Translations under genes and position numbers: made by a program
Origin: Spirochaetota bacterium
Lineage (GTDB): Bacteria; Spirochaetota; UBA4802; UBA5550
DNA length: 64,000 bases
NCBI GenBank assembly: GCA_963663865.1
Contig: OY760686.1
Location: 1,312,001 to 1,376,000 of the forward strand
Reading direction: 5' to 3'
The notes under the pieces: model-generated
Told to the model about the DNA's origin: nothing
What the model saw: the letters and a program-made list of their open reading frames with translations, nothing else
Database searches by the model: none
Part shown: positions 1 to 8,701 of the stretch, piece by piece
How positions within the stretch are numbered: position 1 is the first letter of the stretch
Layout: every line of letters begins with the position of its first letter

Positions 1-82
1 CGCGATTTTGCAAGAAGCCCGCTCATTCTGACTGTAATGGCCGAAGAGAGCCTCTCCGTAAAAGCGGCTCCGATATCGCGCT

Positions 83-391
83 TTATATCTTAAACAGGCT
101 TTCGGCCATGTTCTTCCCTGTGGCCCTCTCGTAGTCATCGTAGTCGACAAAGACAAGAGATGGGAGCTTTTTTCTGGCTCGTGAGACTATCTCGTTTCTT
201 CCTCCCTTTGCTTCCTTTGATGAGACGTATTTGAATACTCTGCCGCATGAGGGACAGCTTTCGAGGTCTTTCAGCTCAATGCCGATTTTCTTGCAGTTAG
301 GGCAGTGCCCGAATTTGTCATCAACGAGAATAATGTGCTCCTGAATGTCTTTCAGGTCGATTTCCTTCCAAACGCGTATGTAATCTGACAT
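83..391 (-). CDS. small hypothetical protein with zinc-ribbon-like CxxC...CxxC
   Basis: 102-aa ORF; CPNC and CPSC motifs; strong SD (AAGGAGG) just upstream of ATG. Confidence 0.8.
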   Translation of the reverse strand: MSDYIRVWKEIDLKDIQEHIILVDDKFGHCPNCKKIGIELKDLESCPSCGRVFKYVSSKEAKGGRNEIVSRARKKLPSLVFVDYDDYERATGKNMAESLFKI

Positions 392-670
392 CAGGCCTCC
401 TTACGGCTGCGTTATATAATTCGCGGGCAGTGGGGAAGACCTTACGGCCTCATCCGCCCGCCCGAAACGACTGCATAGTTGAACAAAGCTTCGTCAATTT
501 CAATTCTTTTTCAATTTTTCCATGAATTTGCGGGGTTGTGTGATGAATATAAATTCGTGATATTTGCTTGACTTCTCTGGCTCAGGGGGCGATGAATTGA
601 ATGCCTCAAATATTAACACACATATAATGCGGACAGCTACTACTTCGAGTCCGGCAATACAGGAGCAATA

Positions 671-1999
671 ATGGAACTTAAAAGGCAGCTTGGAGTCTAT
701 ACGGCGGTTCTTGTCATAGTCGCGGATATGATAGGCACGGGAATCTTCGTTACAACCGGTTCTGTCCTTGGGATAACGGGAGACGCGGGCGTAGTACTGG
801 CACTCTGGGGCATTGGAGGCCTTATAGCGCTTACCGGGTCACTGTGTTACGCGGAACTTGCTTCAATGTGGCCGCAGAGCGGCGGTGAATACGTTTATCT
901 TAGAAAAATTTTCGGGCCTCTTCCGTCATTTCTTAGCGGTTGGGTTTCCCTGGTGGTGGGTTTTACGGCTTCTGTAGCGGTAACCGCACTCACCCTGGTA
1001 TGGTATCTTGCCGAGGGAGTAGGGGGAAGCTTCTTTACAGATCCGTGGAACCAGAAGATTTTGGCGGCCGGCCTTATTTTCATTTTCGGGCTCATTCACG
1101 TAATAGGAGTAAGAAGCGGCGGATTTGTGCAGAACGTCATGACAGTTGTGAAGATTATAATCATCCTTTCGATTATTGTCGGGGGCGCCTGTCTTGCCGA
1201 TTGGAATATGGCTGAAAGGCTGACTTCTTCGTACCGGGAGGGCGGCGGGCTGTTCACGAGACAGAGCGGTCTTGCTCTTCTGATAATAATGTTCGCCTAT
1301 TCCGGCTGGAACGGCGCTACCTATATTGCGGGTGAAATCAAGGAGCCTGAAAAAAACCTTCCGAAGGCCATGTTCTGGGGCGTTTTTACTGTTACAGCAA
1401 TCTATCTTATTCTGAACGTTGTGTTTTTGATATCTTCTCCGGGTGAGGATATCATGGGCAAGGATGCTGTGGGCGCCATTGCTGTTTCAAATCTGTTCGG
1501 GGCAAAGGCCGGATCATTTTTCTCAATAGCTATTGTACTCGTTCTGCTCTCTGCCGTTTCTGTTCAGATGATGATCGGGCCACGTGTCTATTACGCGATG
1601 GCAAAAGACAGGGCGATATTCTCCTCGCTTACGCGGGTCAACAAGAGGTTCCTGACGCCTGACCTTGCTATCTGGGTGCAGATGTTCATAGCAATTGTTT
1701 ACATTTTTATCGGAAAGGAGCATATAATAGGCATGCTCCAGTATATGGGATTCTCACTCTCGATTTTCCCGCTGATCACTGTTATTGGACTCGTCTATAT
1801 GCGCAGGAAGCACCCTGAAATAGAAAGGCCTTTTAAAACCCCCCTCTATCCCCTGATACCTGGAATATATATTCTGCTCACGCTGGTCATGGTAGGCGCT
1901 GCCCTTTCACTGTGGACAGTATCGTCGCTCTTTGCGATCGGGATGCTTGCGGTCGGAACCGGGATATTTTTTATCTGGAGAAGGTTTGCGGGACAGTAA
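671..1999 (+). CDS. APC-superfamily amino acid permease
   Basis: MIGTGIF, CYAELAS.WP.SGG.Y.YL, FAYSGWN, GEIKEPEKNLPKA motifs; ~12 hydrophobic segments; SD AGGAG. Confidence 0.92.
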   Translation: MELKRQLGVYTAVLVIVADMIGTGIFVTTGSVLGITGDAGVVLALWGIGGLIALTGSLCYAELASMWPQSGGEYVYLRKIFGPLPSFLSGWVSLVVGFTASVAVTALTLVWYLAEGVGGSFFTDPWNQKILAAGLIFIFGLIHVIGVRSGGFVQNVMTVVKIIIILSIIVGGACLADWNMAERLTSSYREGGGLFTRQSGLALLIIMFAYSGWNGATYIAGEIKEPEKNLPKAMFWGVFTVTAIYLILNVVFLISSPGEDIMGKDAVGAIAVSNLFGAKAGSFFSIAIVLVLLSAVSVQMMIGPRVYYAMAKDRAIFSSLTRVNKRFLTPDLAIWVQMFIAIVYIFIGKEHIIGMLQYMGFSLSIFPLITVIGLVYMRRKHPEIERPFKTPLYPLIPGIYILLTLVMVGAALSLWTVSSLFAIGMLAVGTGIFFIWRRFAGQ

Positions 2000-2023
2000 G
2001 TTATGGATTGAGCGCGGGCCGGA

Positions 2024-2377
2024 CTAAACCGGTACCGCGCATAGCTCTTCTTCGAGAATTTCAGCCACTTTTTCGACGCACTCAATACAGCTTGCCGCCC
2101 TGTTTGTTCTGATGGAGCGGCAGGTCACATGTCCTCCGGTCATTTCGGAAAACCTTGCTTTTATATGCCCGCCGGCCTCTGTTCCGGCTATTTCGCATGC
2201 CGCGTGAAGGGCACCGCAAATTCCCTCTGGAGCCCGGCCGTGACCGCAAGATGAAAAGTCAAGTTGGCCGCAATCTCCCGGCGATCCCGCGCTTTGCCAT
2301 CCGGCATGAACGGCCTGCGCACAGTTGCCGCGGCGCGACCTGTAGAACTCAGATGCATTTTTCTTCATAAATAGCAT
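2024..2377 (-). CDS. C-GCAxxG-C-C family putative redox protein (short form)
   Basis: GNCAQAV, ICGALHAA, then C...C..C pattern; paralog at 9926-10282. Confidence 0.7.
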   Translation of the reverse strand: MLFMKKNASEFYRSRRGNCAQAVHAGWQSAGSPGDCGQLDFSSCGHGRAPEGICGALHAACEIAGTEAGGHIKARFSEMTGGHVTCRSIRTNRAASCIECVEKVAEILEEELCAVPV

Positions 2378-2448
2378 TTCCTTTCCTGTAAGTTTAGAAA
2401 ATACTAAAATGCTTTCTGGCTGTTATATGTCAATATTTATTATGTTTA

Positions 2449-3513
2449 TCAGCGGCCTTTTCTGTACCTGGACTTATTCTGGCGGGATGAAGAGGGTGTT
2501 GCCTGATTTTTAAAGACTTTTTCCTTGCGATCTAAATGATTTTCAGGTTTCTGTAAATGATCATTTGAATGATTTTCTAATTCAGCATCCGGGTTGATCA
2601 TCTCATGTTTTTGAGAAGGTGCTGGTACACCTTTTTCTTCAGGTTTTATTATATTCTCTGGATTAGCTTGATTGTTAAAAAATTCGGAAAACTGGTTCTT
2701 CTCAGAATCTGTAATTCGACGGACAGAATTATTTTCGGCTATTCGGTAGACGTTTCCTGCAGCGGCAAGAATGGAATCACCGCTGGAGTGAACATCTATT
2801 CTGATCTTACCCTCTTTAAGAATAAGGGTCGCTGCTTTGTCATCTGCCGAGAGAATGAATACGGTACCAAGTGGAGTGAAATCGGCTTTATCTGTCCTGT
2901 ATGTTATTGAGGAATATTCGCTGCTCTCAGAATGCTCTGCGAGAATAGAGCCTTCTTTCAGGGTGAATTCTGCTATTTTGCCGCCGAAAAGACGCTTATG
3001 TGTTTTGCCGATTTGAATTTTAGTGGCAGGAAGCAGTTTAATCGAAATTATGCCTTCAATATTGAGCCGTGCTGCTGAAGTTATATCTGTCTCTGCAGTA
3101 GAGCCTTCATGAAGCCTGGTATAATTATGAATTTGATTAAACGAGCCCCTGGTGTCGGGTTTGAGCACAAACATATCGACCGGAACCTGCCATTCCTTTA
3201 CAATGGAAAGATAGGCGCCTGCACAAAGAATACTCAGAGCGGTTGCAGCCATAGCCGCTGTCTTCTGAAGCCGGTATCCCGAAGAGGCCCGGTGCTTGAG
3301 TTTCCTTGCCTCAATTAACACTGCTGAACGTATTTCGCTGCCGGGGATATGCCCGCAGTTATCGGCTGGCTTTAGTGCATTAAAGAGCATGTCCAGACGG
3401 GATTTGCATAATTTGCATGTCCGTATATGCTGCTCAACTATGGCCCTTTCATTTTCTCTGGAAAAACCAAGGGAATAGCGTACAAGCTTTGTTTTGCTGA
3501 TATGATTTTTCAT
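2449..3513 (-). CDS. anti-sigma factor: N-terminal zinc finger (HxxxCxxC), one TM helix, FecR-like periplasmic domain, low-complexity tail
   Basis: HIRTCKLC; TM segment; FTPLGTVF and LILKEGKIRI resemble the FecR VRGTxF / V.EG.V motifs; start overlaps sigma stop (TAATG). Confidence 0.8.
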   Translation of the reverse strand: MKNHISKTKLVRYSLGFSRENERAIVEQHIRTCKLCKSRLDMLFNALKPADNCGHIPGSEIRSAVLIEARKLKHRASSGYRLQKTAAMAATALSILCAGAYLSIVKEWQVPVDMFVLKPDTRGSFNQIHNYTRLHEGSTAETDITSAARLNIEGIISIKLLPATKIQIGKTHKRLFGGKIAEFTLKEGSILAEHSESSEYSSITYRTDKADFTPLGTVFILSADDKAATLILKEGKIRIDVHSSGDSILAAAGNVYRIAENNSVRRITDSEKNQFSEFFNNQANPENIIKPEEKGVPAPSQKHEMINPDAELENHSNDHLQKPENHLDRKEKVFKNQATPSSSRQNKSRYRKGR

Positions 3514-4076
3514 TACTTTCTCTCCATCATAAAACCGCTGAAAAAGAGAAAAGTGACAGCCTGGTTGAAAAATTCATCCCATTGATGTTTCACCATATAA
3601 TCATAGATTGCGTGCATGGCTTTCTCCATGTATCGCTTGGCGGTACGTTCTGATATTCCATGCATGGCGGCTATTTCTTTAAAGCTGTGACTGCCGTCTC
3701 TTCTTAGAAAGAAAACAGATTTAATAACAGGATCCAGCATCTCAAGAGTCCTTTCCACAATATGCGCAATTTCCTTCTCTTCAAGAATTTCATGGGATGA
3801 CTTGTGAATGTCCTGGACGTCATCATTTGAAAGTTGGATGATTTTCTTTGTGCTTTTCTTGTGATTGAGGCACAGGTTTTTTGCTATTTTGTATAAAAAA
3901 GCTCTCAGGTTGTCTATGGCAATGGGATTTCGGTTCATTCTGGTTATAAGGCGCAGGTATGTGTTCTGCAGAATGTCCTCGGACTCATCATAATTCCTTA
4001 TAAACGAATTAATATAAAAAAGCAGTTCCCTGCTGTAGAGATCATAGAGTTCAGAAATTAAATTGCTTTTATCCAT
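3513..4076 (-). CDS. ECF-type sigma-70 factor
   Basis: 187 aa; region 2 (SEDILQNTYL, FLYKIAKNLCLN) and region 4 HTH (SFKEIAAMHGISERTAK). Confidence 0.92.
   Translation of the reverse strand: MDKSNLISELYDLYSRELLFYINSFIRNYDESEDILQNTYLRLITRMNRNPIAIDNLRAFLYKIAKNLCLNHKKSTKKIIQLSNDDVQDIHKSSHEILEEKEIAHIVERTLEMLDPVIKSVFFLRRDGSHSFKEIAAMHGISERTAKRYMEKAMHAIYDYMVKHQWDEFFNQAVTFLFFSGFMMERK
3528..3558 (-). promoter_or_regulatory. candidate ECF promoter (copy 1), in the 3' end of the sigma gene upstream of the anti-sigma
   Basis: minus strand TGTCACTTTT-CTCTTTTTCAG-CGGTTTTATG; same motif and spacing as 4083-4113. Confidence 0.6.
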
Positions 4077-4082
4077 AAATTA

Positions 4083-4113
4083 TGACACTTTTTCCTGGAA
4101 CCTCGGTTGTATA
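4083..4113 (+). promoter_or_regulatory. candidate ECF promoter (copy 2), upstream of the secreted protein/OM barrel operon
   Basis: TGACACTTTT-TCCTGGAACCT-CGGTTGTATA; matches copy at 3528-3558. Confidence 0.6.
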
Positions 4114-4175
4114 GATAAACCGATAATTAAAAAGTACAGTACTTTTTCGGTTACACTATCAATGGAGGCGTTGAG

Positions 4176-4508
4176 ATGAAAAAGTTATTGGTGTCAGGTG
4201 TTTTGATTTTTGCGGCAGCTGGCTTGACGGCACAGGACGCTCAGTATGTTAAAAATCAGACTAAGGCCGCAAACAAGGGTGAGGTTAAAGAGTTGCAGAA
4301 CAGAGAGCAGCTTCAAAACAGGGCGGCTCAGGGTGATCCGGCAGGAACTGGAGAGGGAGACCAGACCAGGCTTCAAACTCAGGATAGAACAAAGACGATG
4401 ATACATAAACAGGATGGAAGCGGAAGCGCAGTTAAAAACAGAGTAAAGACCTCAACCAAAACGTCTGTGAAAAGTGCAAATAAATATAACAGACGTTCCG
4501 GAAAATAA
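4176..4508 (+). CDS. small secreted low-complexity (Q/N/K/T-rich) protein
   Basis: signal peptide MKKLLVSGVLIFAAAGLTA; polar, probably disordered mature part; SD GGAGG. Confidence 0.8.
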   Translation: MKKLLVSGVLIFAAAGLTAQDAQYVKNQTKAANKGEVKELQNREQLQNRAAQGDPAGTGEGDQTRLQTQDRTKTMIHKQDGSGSAVKNRVKTSTKTSVKSANKYNRRSGK

Positions 4509-4514
4509 GAGCCT

Positions 4515-4542
4515 GTCAGGGGCGTGGCAACACGCCCTTGAC
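4515..4542 (+). other. intergenic stem-loop with GCAA tetraloop and no U-tract (mRNA stabiliser or attenuator)
   Basis: GTCAGGGGCGTG-GCAA-CACGCCCTTGAC. Confidence 0.6.
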
Positions 4543-4556
4543 CCGGAGAGAGAGTA

Positions 4557-5582
4557 ATGAGAAAATGGAAAGCAAAAACATTGGGAATTGCTCTGGTGTT
4601 TTTATTCTCAGAAAAAACCTTTTCACAAAACAATCAGGAAGAAGCCGACAGAGAATGGTATTTTAAGGCCTCTCTGAACGGGAGTTACAGTTCAGGGCTT
4701 TCAGATCCACATTATTCATACGGACCTGAGGTTGAAGCATCCTGGCAGATATGGAAAATAAACCTCTATGCCGGCAGCGGATATGATTTTAATTATCAGT
4801 TGAGCGGTGGAGACGGAACATTTGAAAGTATTTCCCTGGCAACTTACTACTCGGGATTTGACTTAAATATATTAAAGGGCATAACCCTTTCGGCTGATTA
4901 CAGAGGCGGAGCGGGCAGCTCTGATTTTTCAAGGCATGGTCTTAATTCGAGGCTATACATTGATTCGGGAAGTTTTGGATTTCTTATTGGATTTCTCTAT
5001 GGCCAGGATACCTATGAGTATCAGAATAACAGTATTGATGTTATTTCCTATACAGCGACAGGGGCTGTCTATTGGTATTATTCTGATAAAATGAGGCTTG
5101 AAGCGGGTTGCGATTACCTTTCAAACAGTTTCAGCAATTTGGCCGGGAACTATAACTCGTTCTTCATCAATTCAGGATTGCTTTATGTTTTCTCAGATTA
5201 TTTTGACATGAACACGAATCTGGGTTATGGTTTGGATTCAGATGAATACAATATTTTCGAGATTGGGCTTGGAGTGAGTTTTGCGATAAATGAAAGGATG
5301 TCGCTAAGTCTGTCATATACATTTTCATTGTATTCCCCAACTGAAGATATTGCTATTGAAGAAGAAGCAGTTCTATCAGATAAGACAACTGCGGTTCTGG
5401 ATGACATTCTTTTCCAGGGTCCACATTCATCCGGCCAGGCTGAAACATCTGGATCGTCGGATCAATCACAGGGAGAGTCATTGACGGGGGGGTACTCGTC
5501 AAATCCCTACATCAAGTCGTCTCTTATCGGTGAAACTATATTTGACCACTACGCCAGCATAAGGGTTGAGTACAGCTACTGA
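4557..5582 (+). CDS. outer-membrane beta-barrel protein, function unknown
   Basis: signal peptide; alternating aromatic/Gly strands; C-terminal ASIRVEYSY resembles a beta-signal. Confidence 0.75.
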   Translation: MRKWKAKTLGIALVFLFSEKTFSQNNQEEADREWYFKASLNGSYSSGLSDPHYSYGPEVEASWQIWKINLYAGSGYDFNYQLSGGDGTFESISLATYYSGFDLNILKGITLSADYRGGAGSSDFSRHGLNSRLYIDSGSFGFLIGFLYGQDTYEYQNNSIDVISYTATGAVYWYYSDKMRLEAGCDYLSNSFSNLAGNYNSFFINSGLLYVFSDYFDMNTNLGYGLDSDEYNIFEIGLGVSFAINERMSLSLSYTFSLYSPTEDIAIEEEAVLSDKTTAVLDDILFQGPHSSGQAETSGSSDQSQGESLTGGYSSNPYIKSSLIGETIFDHYASIRVEYSY

Positions 5583-5628
5583 AAGAACATAATGCCGGAA
5601 ATCATTAATCCGGGCTTTTACATCTTAT

Positions 5629-6456
5629 TCAGTGTGATAGTATCCCGCTTGACGAAATTCGAAAGAATCCCGCAGGAATTTCACTTGCAAGCCTCTCCGA
5701 GGCCGTCTTCCCCGTGCAGTGAAGCGGGAGTATTCCCCTCAGCCCGGCATCTTTGAGAAATCTCACTGTCGCGTCAAGCCTCTCCTCTGAAGCCTTCTCC
5801 AGGTGAAATCCGCCGACAGCTGCGGCAGGCTTTTTACCGCTGTGCTGTTCTGCTGCCTTCAGTGAGTTTATAAGGCCCGAATGGCAGCAGCCGGTAAAAA
5901 GCACAATTCCTTCAGGAGTTTCGATCCAGATTGAAAGTTCGTCCTCAATATAGTCAACTACGGTGCAATCCATGTCGCGGTAGAAAAGCCCGCCAGTATC
6001 CTCAAACGGGTTAAGGCGGGGGATATTGACAATCAGTCCGATTTTGTCCGTGAGCATAGAGGGTGCTTCAAGAAGATGCAGCTTTTCTGAAGAATGCGAT
6101 TTGAGCGCTTTTACGGCCGAATCCGGCATTCCAATGTACCTCGGCGAACCGGTCTTCGCGCTAATGTGAGTTTCGAAAATCCTCCGGTGCGCGTAGACAT
6201 CGATGACCGGGTTCTCCGACAGAACATATTCAACGCCGCCAGTATGGTCATAGTGCCCGTGCGATATTACGAGGGTGTCAAAGTCGGCGGGAGATAAGCC
6301 GGCTGCCGCAAGATTTTCACGCAGGAAGCTCTGTCCGGTATCGAGAAGTATACTACGGCCGTGGGCCGAAATGGCAAGCGCAAGGCCGTGTTCTGCCCTG
6401 AACGGCGGCTCAGAATTGTTGTCGCAGATAAGCCTTATTTCAATATGTGAAGCCAT
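5629..6456 (-). CDS. MBL-fold metallo-hydrolase (type commonly found in ORP-like loci)
   Basis: AEHGLAL, LLDTG, SHGHYDHTGG, TGCCHSG, GGFHL, LHCTG; start moved to ATG 6456 with SD GGAGG. Confidence 0.88.
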   Translation of the reverse strand: MASHIEIRLICDNNSEPPFRAEHGLALAISAHGRSILLDTGQSFLRENLAAAGLSPADFDTLVISHGHYDHTGGVEYVLSENPVIDVYAHRRIFETHISAKTGSPRYIGMPDSAVKALKSHSSEKLHLLEAPSMLTDKIGLIVNIPRLNPFEDTGGLFYRDMDCTVVDYIEDELSIWIETPEGIVLFTGCCHSGLINSLKAAEQHSGKKPAAAVGGFHLEKASEERLDATVRFLKDAGLRGILPLHCTGKTASERLASEIPAGFFRISSSGILSH

Positions 6457-6497
6457 ATCCTGCCTCCGGAACTGAGATTTAACGAGAATACCCGATG

Positions 6498-6537
6498 AAA
6501 GCAGTTCATCCCCGCGGTGCGGGGGATGAACTGCTTT
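6498..6537. repeat. perfect 16-bp inverted repeat (stem-loop) between NifX-like gene and MBL gene
   Basis: AAAGCAGTTCATCCCC / GGGGATGAACTGCTTT. Confidence 0.75.
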
Positions 6538-6635
6538 ATGCCATAATCTCTGGTGATTGCCGGTCATCTGCGTCTGTTACGGGGATGACCCTGAAGGACT
6601 GCTGCTTTGCCTGTTTCTCCGTTTAGAACAGACTG

Positions 6636-6974
6636 TCAGTGGTCACAGGTGTTTTCGCCTGTGACGAGGCTGCTGTCAAGGTATGCCCTGACAAGATTTT
6701 CCGGGCTGTCGCAGGGTGCTCCTGTTATGACGTGAATGCCCCTTTCTTCGAAGAGCATTCTTGCCCTCTGTCCCATGCCTCCGGCAATTATCATGTTTAC
6801 GGCCCTATCCCCGAGCCAGGCCGGAAGAAGACCGGGCTCATGAGGCGGCGCATCGATACTTGAAACTGAACTGATTGTCTTTGCTGCTTCGTCTACCTCA
6901 AGGACAGTGAACGCTTCACAGTGCCCGAAGTGAGCGTTTAGTTTGCCGTTAGCTGTTGGTACCGCGATTTTCAT
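6636..6974 (-). CDS. NifB/NifX-family (dinitrogenase FeMo-co) domain protein
   Basis: MKIAVP..G.LNAHFGHC, PPHEPGLLP, AGGMG.RA, C-terminal CDH. Confidence 0.88.
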   Translation of the reverse strand: MKIAVPTANGKLNAHFGHCEAFTVLEVDEAAKTISSVSSIDAPPHEPGLLPAWLGDRAVNMIIAGGMGQRARMLFEERGIHVITGAPCDSPENLVRAYLDSSLVTGENTCDH

Positions 6975-6989
6975 TTTGATCTCCTGTTT

Positions 6990-7859
6990 CTATTGCTGTT
7001 TTTTTCGGGATTCACAGAACTCTGATACCGCTTTCCCGATAGAGTTGAACGCGTCAGATGTTGCTGAACCGCTGTATTTTTTTACGTAAGGTGTTCCGTC
7101 ATCGCATGAAGTTCCTATTGCCGGGTCTATCGGAACAGAACCCAGAAATGATATCTCATATTTCTCCGCAAGCTTTTTGCCTCCGCCGCTGCTGAAGATG
7201 TCAGTGACCTTGCCGCAGTGAGGGCAGGCGAAGCCGCTCATGTTCTCAACTATTCCGATGACAGGAAGAGCGAGCTGATTGCAGAAGTTTATCGATTTGC
7301 TTACGTCAATCGCCGATACGCCCTGAGGGGTTGTGACAAGAACCGCTCCGTCAGGACGGTCAAGCAGCTGTATGGCCGAAAGCGGCTCGTCGCCTGTTCC
7401 GGGAGGACAGTCAACTATCAGGTAGTCGAGTTCTCCCCAGGCGACATCCTTGATAAACTGCTTAATCAGGTTGCCCTTCATGGGACCCCGCCATATCACC
7501 GGGGAATCGCTTTTATCGAGAAGGAATCCAATCGAAATGACCTTCAGGTTTTCGATCCCTTCAGGAGCTATGGGAATAATATTCTTTCCATCTGACAGGA
7601 CTTCACGTCCTGTCAGCGATAGCATTGTGGGAATGCTCGGGCCGTGAATGTCGACGTCGAGAAGCCCGGTTCTATGCCCGCTCATGGACAGAGAAACGGC
7701 AAGGTTAAGCGCGGTGGTGCTTTTGCCGACGCCGCCCTTGCCCGACATGACGATAATCTTATTTTTGATCTGCGACAGCCTTGCAGCCAGCTCAGCGGCG
7801 TCATTATCCGGAGCCTGTTTTACTCCCGGTTGTTTACTTTGTGACATAGCTTTGTCCAT
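6990..7859 (-). CDS. mrp: Mrp/NBP35 (ApbC) Fe-S cluster carrier ATPase
   Basis: SGKGGVGKST, DVDIHGPSIP, WRGPMK, DCPPGTGD, ENMSGFACPHC; start could also be ATG 7847. Confidence 0.93.
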   Translation of the reverse strand: MDKAMSQSKQPGVKQAPDNDAAELAARLSQIKNKIIVMSGKGGVGKSTTALNLAVSLSMSGHRTGLLDVDIHGPSIPTMLSLTGREVLSDGKNIIPIAPEGIENLKVISIGFLLDKSDSPVIWRGPMKGNLIKQFIKDVAWGELDYLIVDCPPGTGDEPLSAIQLLDRPDGAVLVTTPQGVSAIDVSKSINFCNQLALPVIGIVENMSGFACPHCGKVTDIFSSGGGKKLAEKYEISFLGSVPIDPAIGTSCDDGTPYVKKYSGSATSDAFNSIGKAVSEFCESRKKQQ

Positions 7860-8701
7860 ACCTCTTTAATATCTTTGTGTAGTTCTGATTCGGTGTACTC
7901 TGTAACAGCCTTTTCTGATATCATTGCTTTTGTAAAGTCAGGGCTGTACGGTATTTTTCCTGTGAAAACATCTGAGTATTCTGACATTATGGCGCTGCTG
8001 ATTTCAGGATTGATGTCCCACTTGTTGATGCAGACATAGCACGGAATTCTGAAGTGCTTTGTCAGTTCCACAACCCGATCCAGGTCGTGGCGGCCGGAAA
8101 TTGTAGGCTCGGCAACCACGAGCACAGCGTCCGCGTTTGTAATGGAAGCTATGACAGGGCAACCCGTGCCGGGGCTCCCGTCAACAATTATCCAGTCCGC
8201 GCTTTGCTCTCTGGCTGCCATTGCCGCGGCACGGCGAACCTCTGTGACGAGCTTGCCCGAGTTTTCCGCGCCGGGATGCAGTCTCGCGTGAACGAGTGTG
8301 CCGAAGCGGGTATCTGATATGTACTGTTCTCCGCAGTCCCTTTCAGGAAAGTCAATCGCATCTGCTGGGCAGAAATGCACACAAACGCCGCAGCCTTCAC
8401 AGCCCGGATCCTTGACGCTGTATTTACCGTCATCGGAAACCGATATCGCATCGAATCGGCAGAGGTTTGCGCATCTGCCGCACTGGACGCATTTATCCCG
8501 GTCGATTACGGCTATGTTCCCGCTTATAAAGGGCTTTGTTTCTATATATAGGGGTTTAAGTATCAGGTGCATGTCGGCGGCATCAACATCGCAGTCTGCC
8601 ATCACGGCTTTGCCTTCCATGGAAGCGAGATGGGCGAATGATGCCGACATGCTCGTCTTTCCGGTGCCGCCCTTTCCGCTGATTAGTACTATTTCTTTCA
8701 C
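7820..8701 (-). CDS. MinD/CobQ-like P-loop ATPase with 2x[4Fe-4S] ferredoxin insert (ORP complex ATPase)
   Basis: SGKGGTGKT, DCDVDA, CVQCGRCANLC, CEGCGVCVHFCP, DGSPGTGCP. Confidence 0.9.
   Translation of the reverse strand: MKEIVLISGKGGTGKTSMSASFAHLASMEGKAVMADCDVDAADMHLILKPLYIETKPFISGNIAVIDRDKCVQCGRCANLCRFDAISVSDDGKYSVKDPGCEGCGVCVHFCPADAIDFPERDCGEQYISDTRFGTLVHARLHPGAENSGKLVTEVRRAAAMAAREQSADWIIVDGSPGTGCPVIASITNADAVLVVAEPTISGRHDLDRVVELTKHFRIPCYVCINKWDINPEISSAIMSEYSDVFTGKIPYSPDFTKAMISEKAVTEYTESELHKDIKEVWTKLCHKVNNRE

Noticed and set aside
6498-6593. CRISPR array
   Set aside because: Only one repeat-like unit and one very degenerate unit, with no cas genes; kept only as a low-scoring finding.
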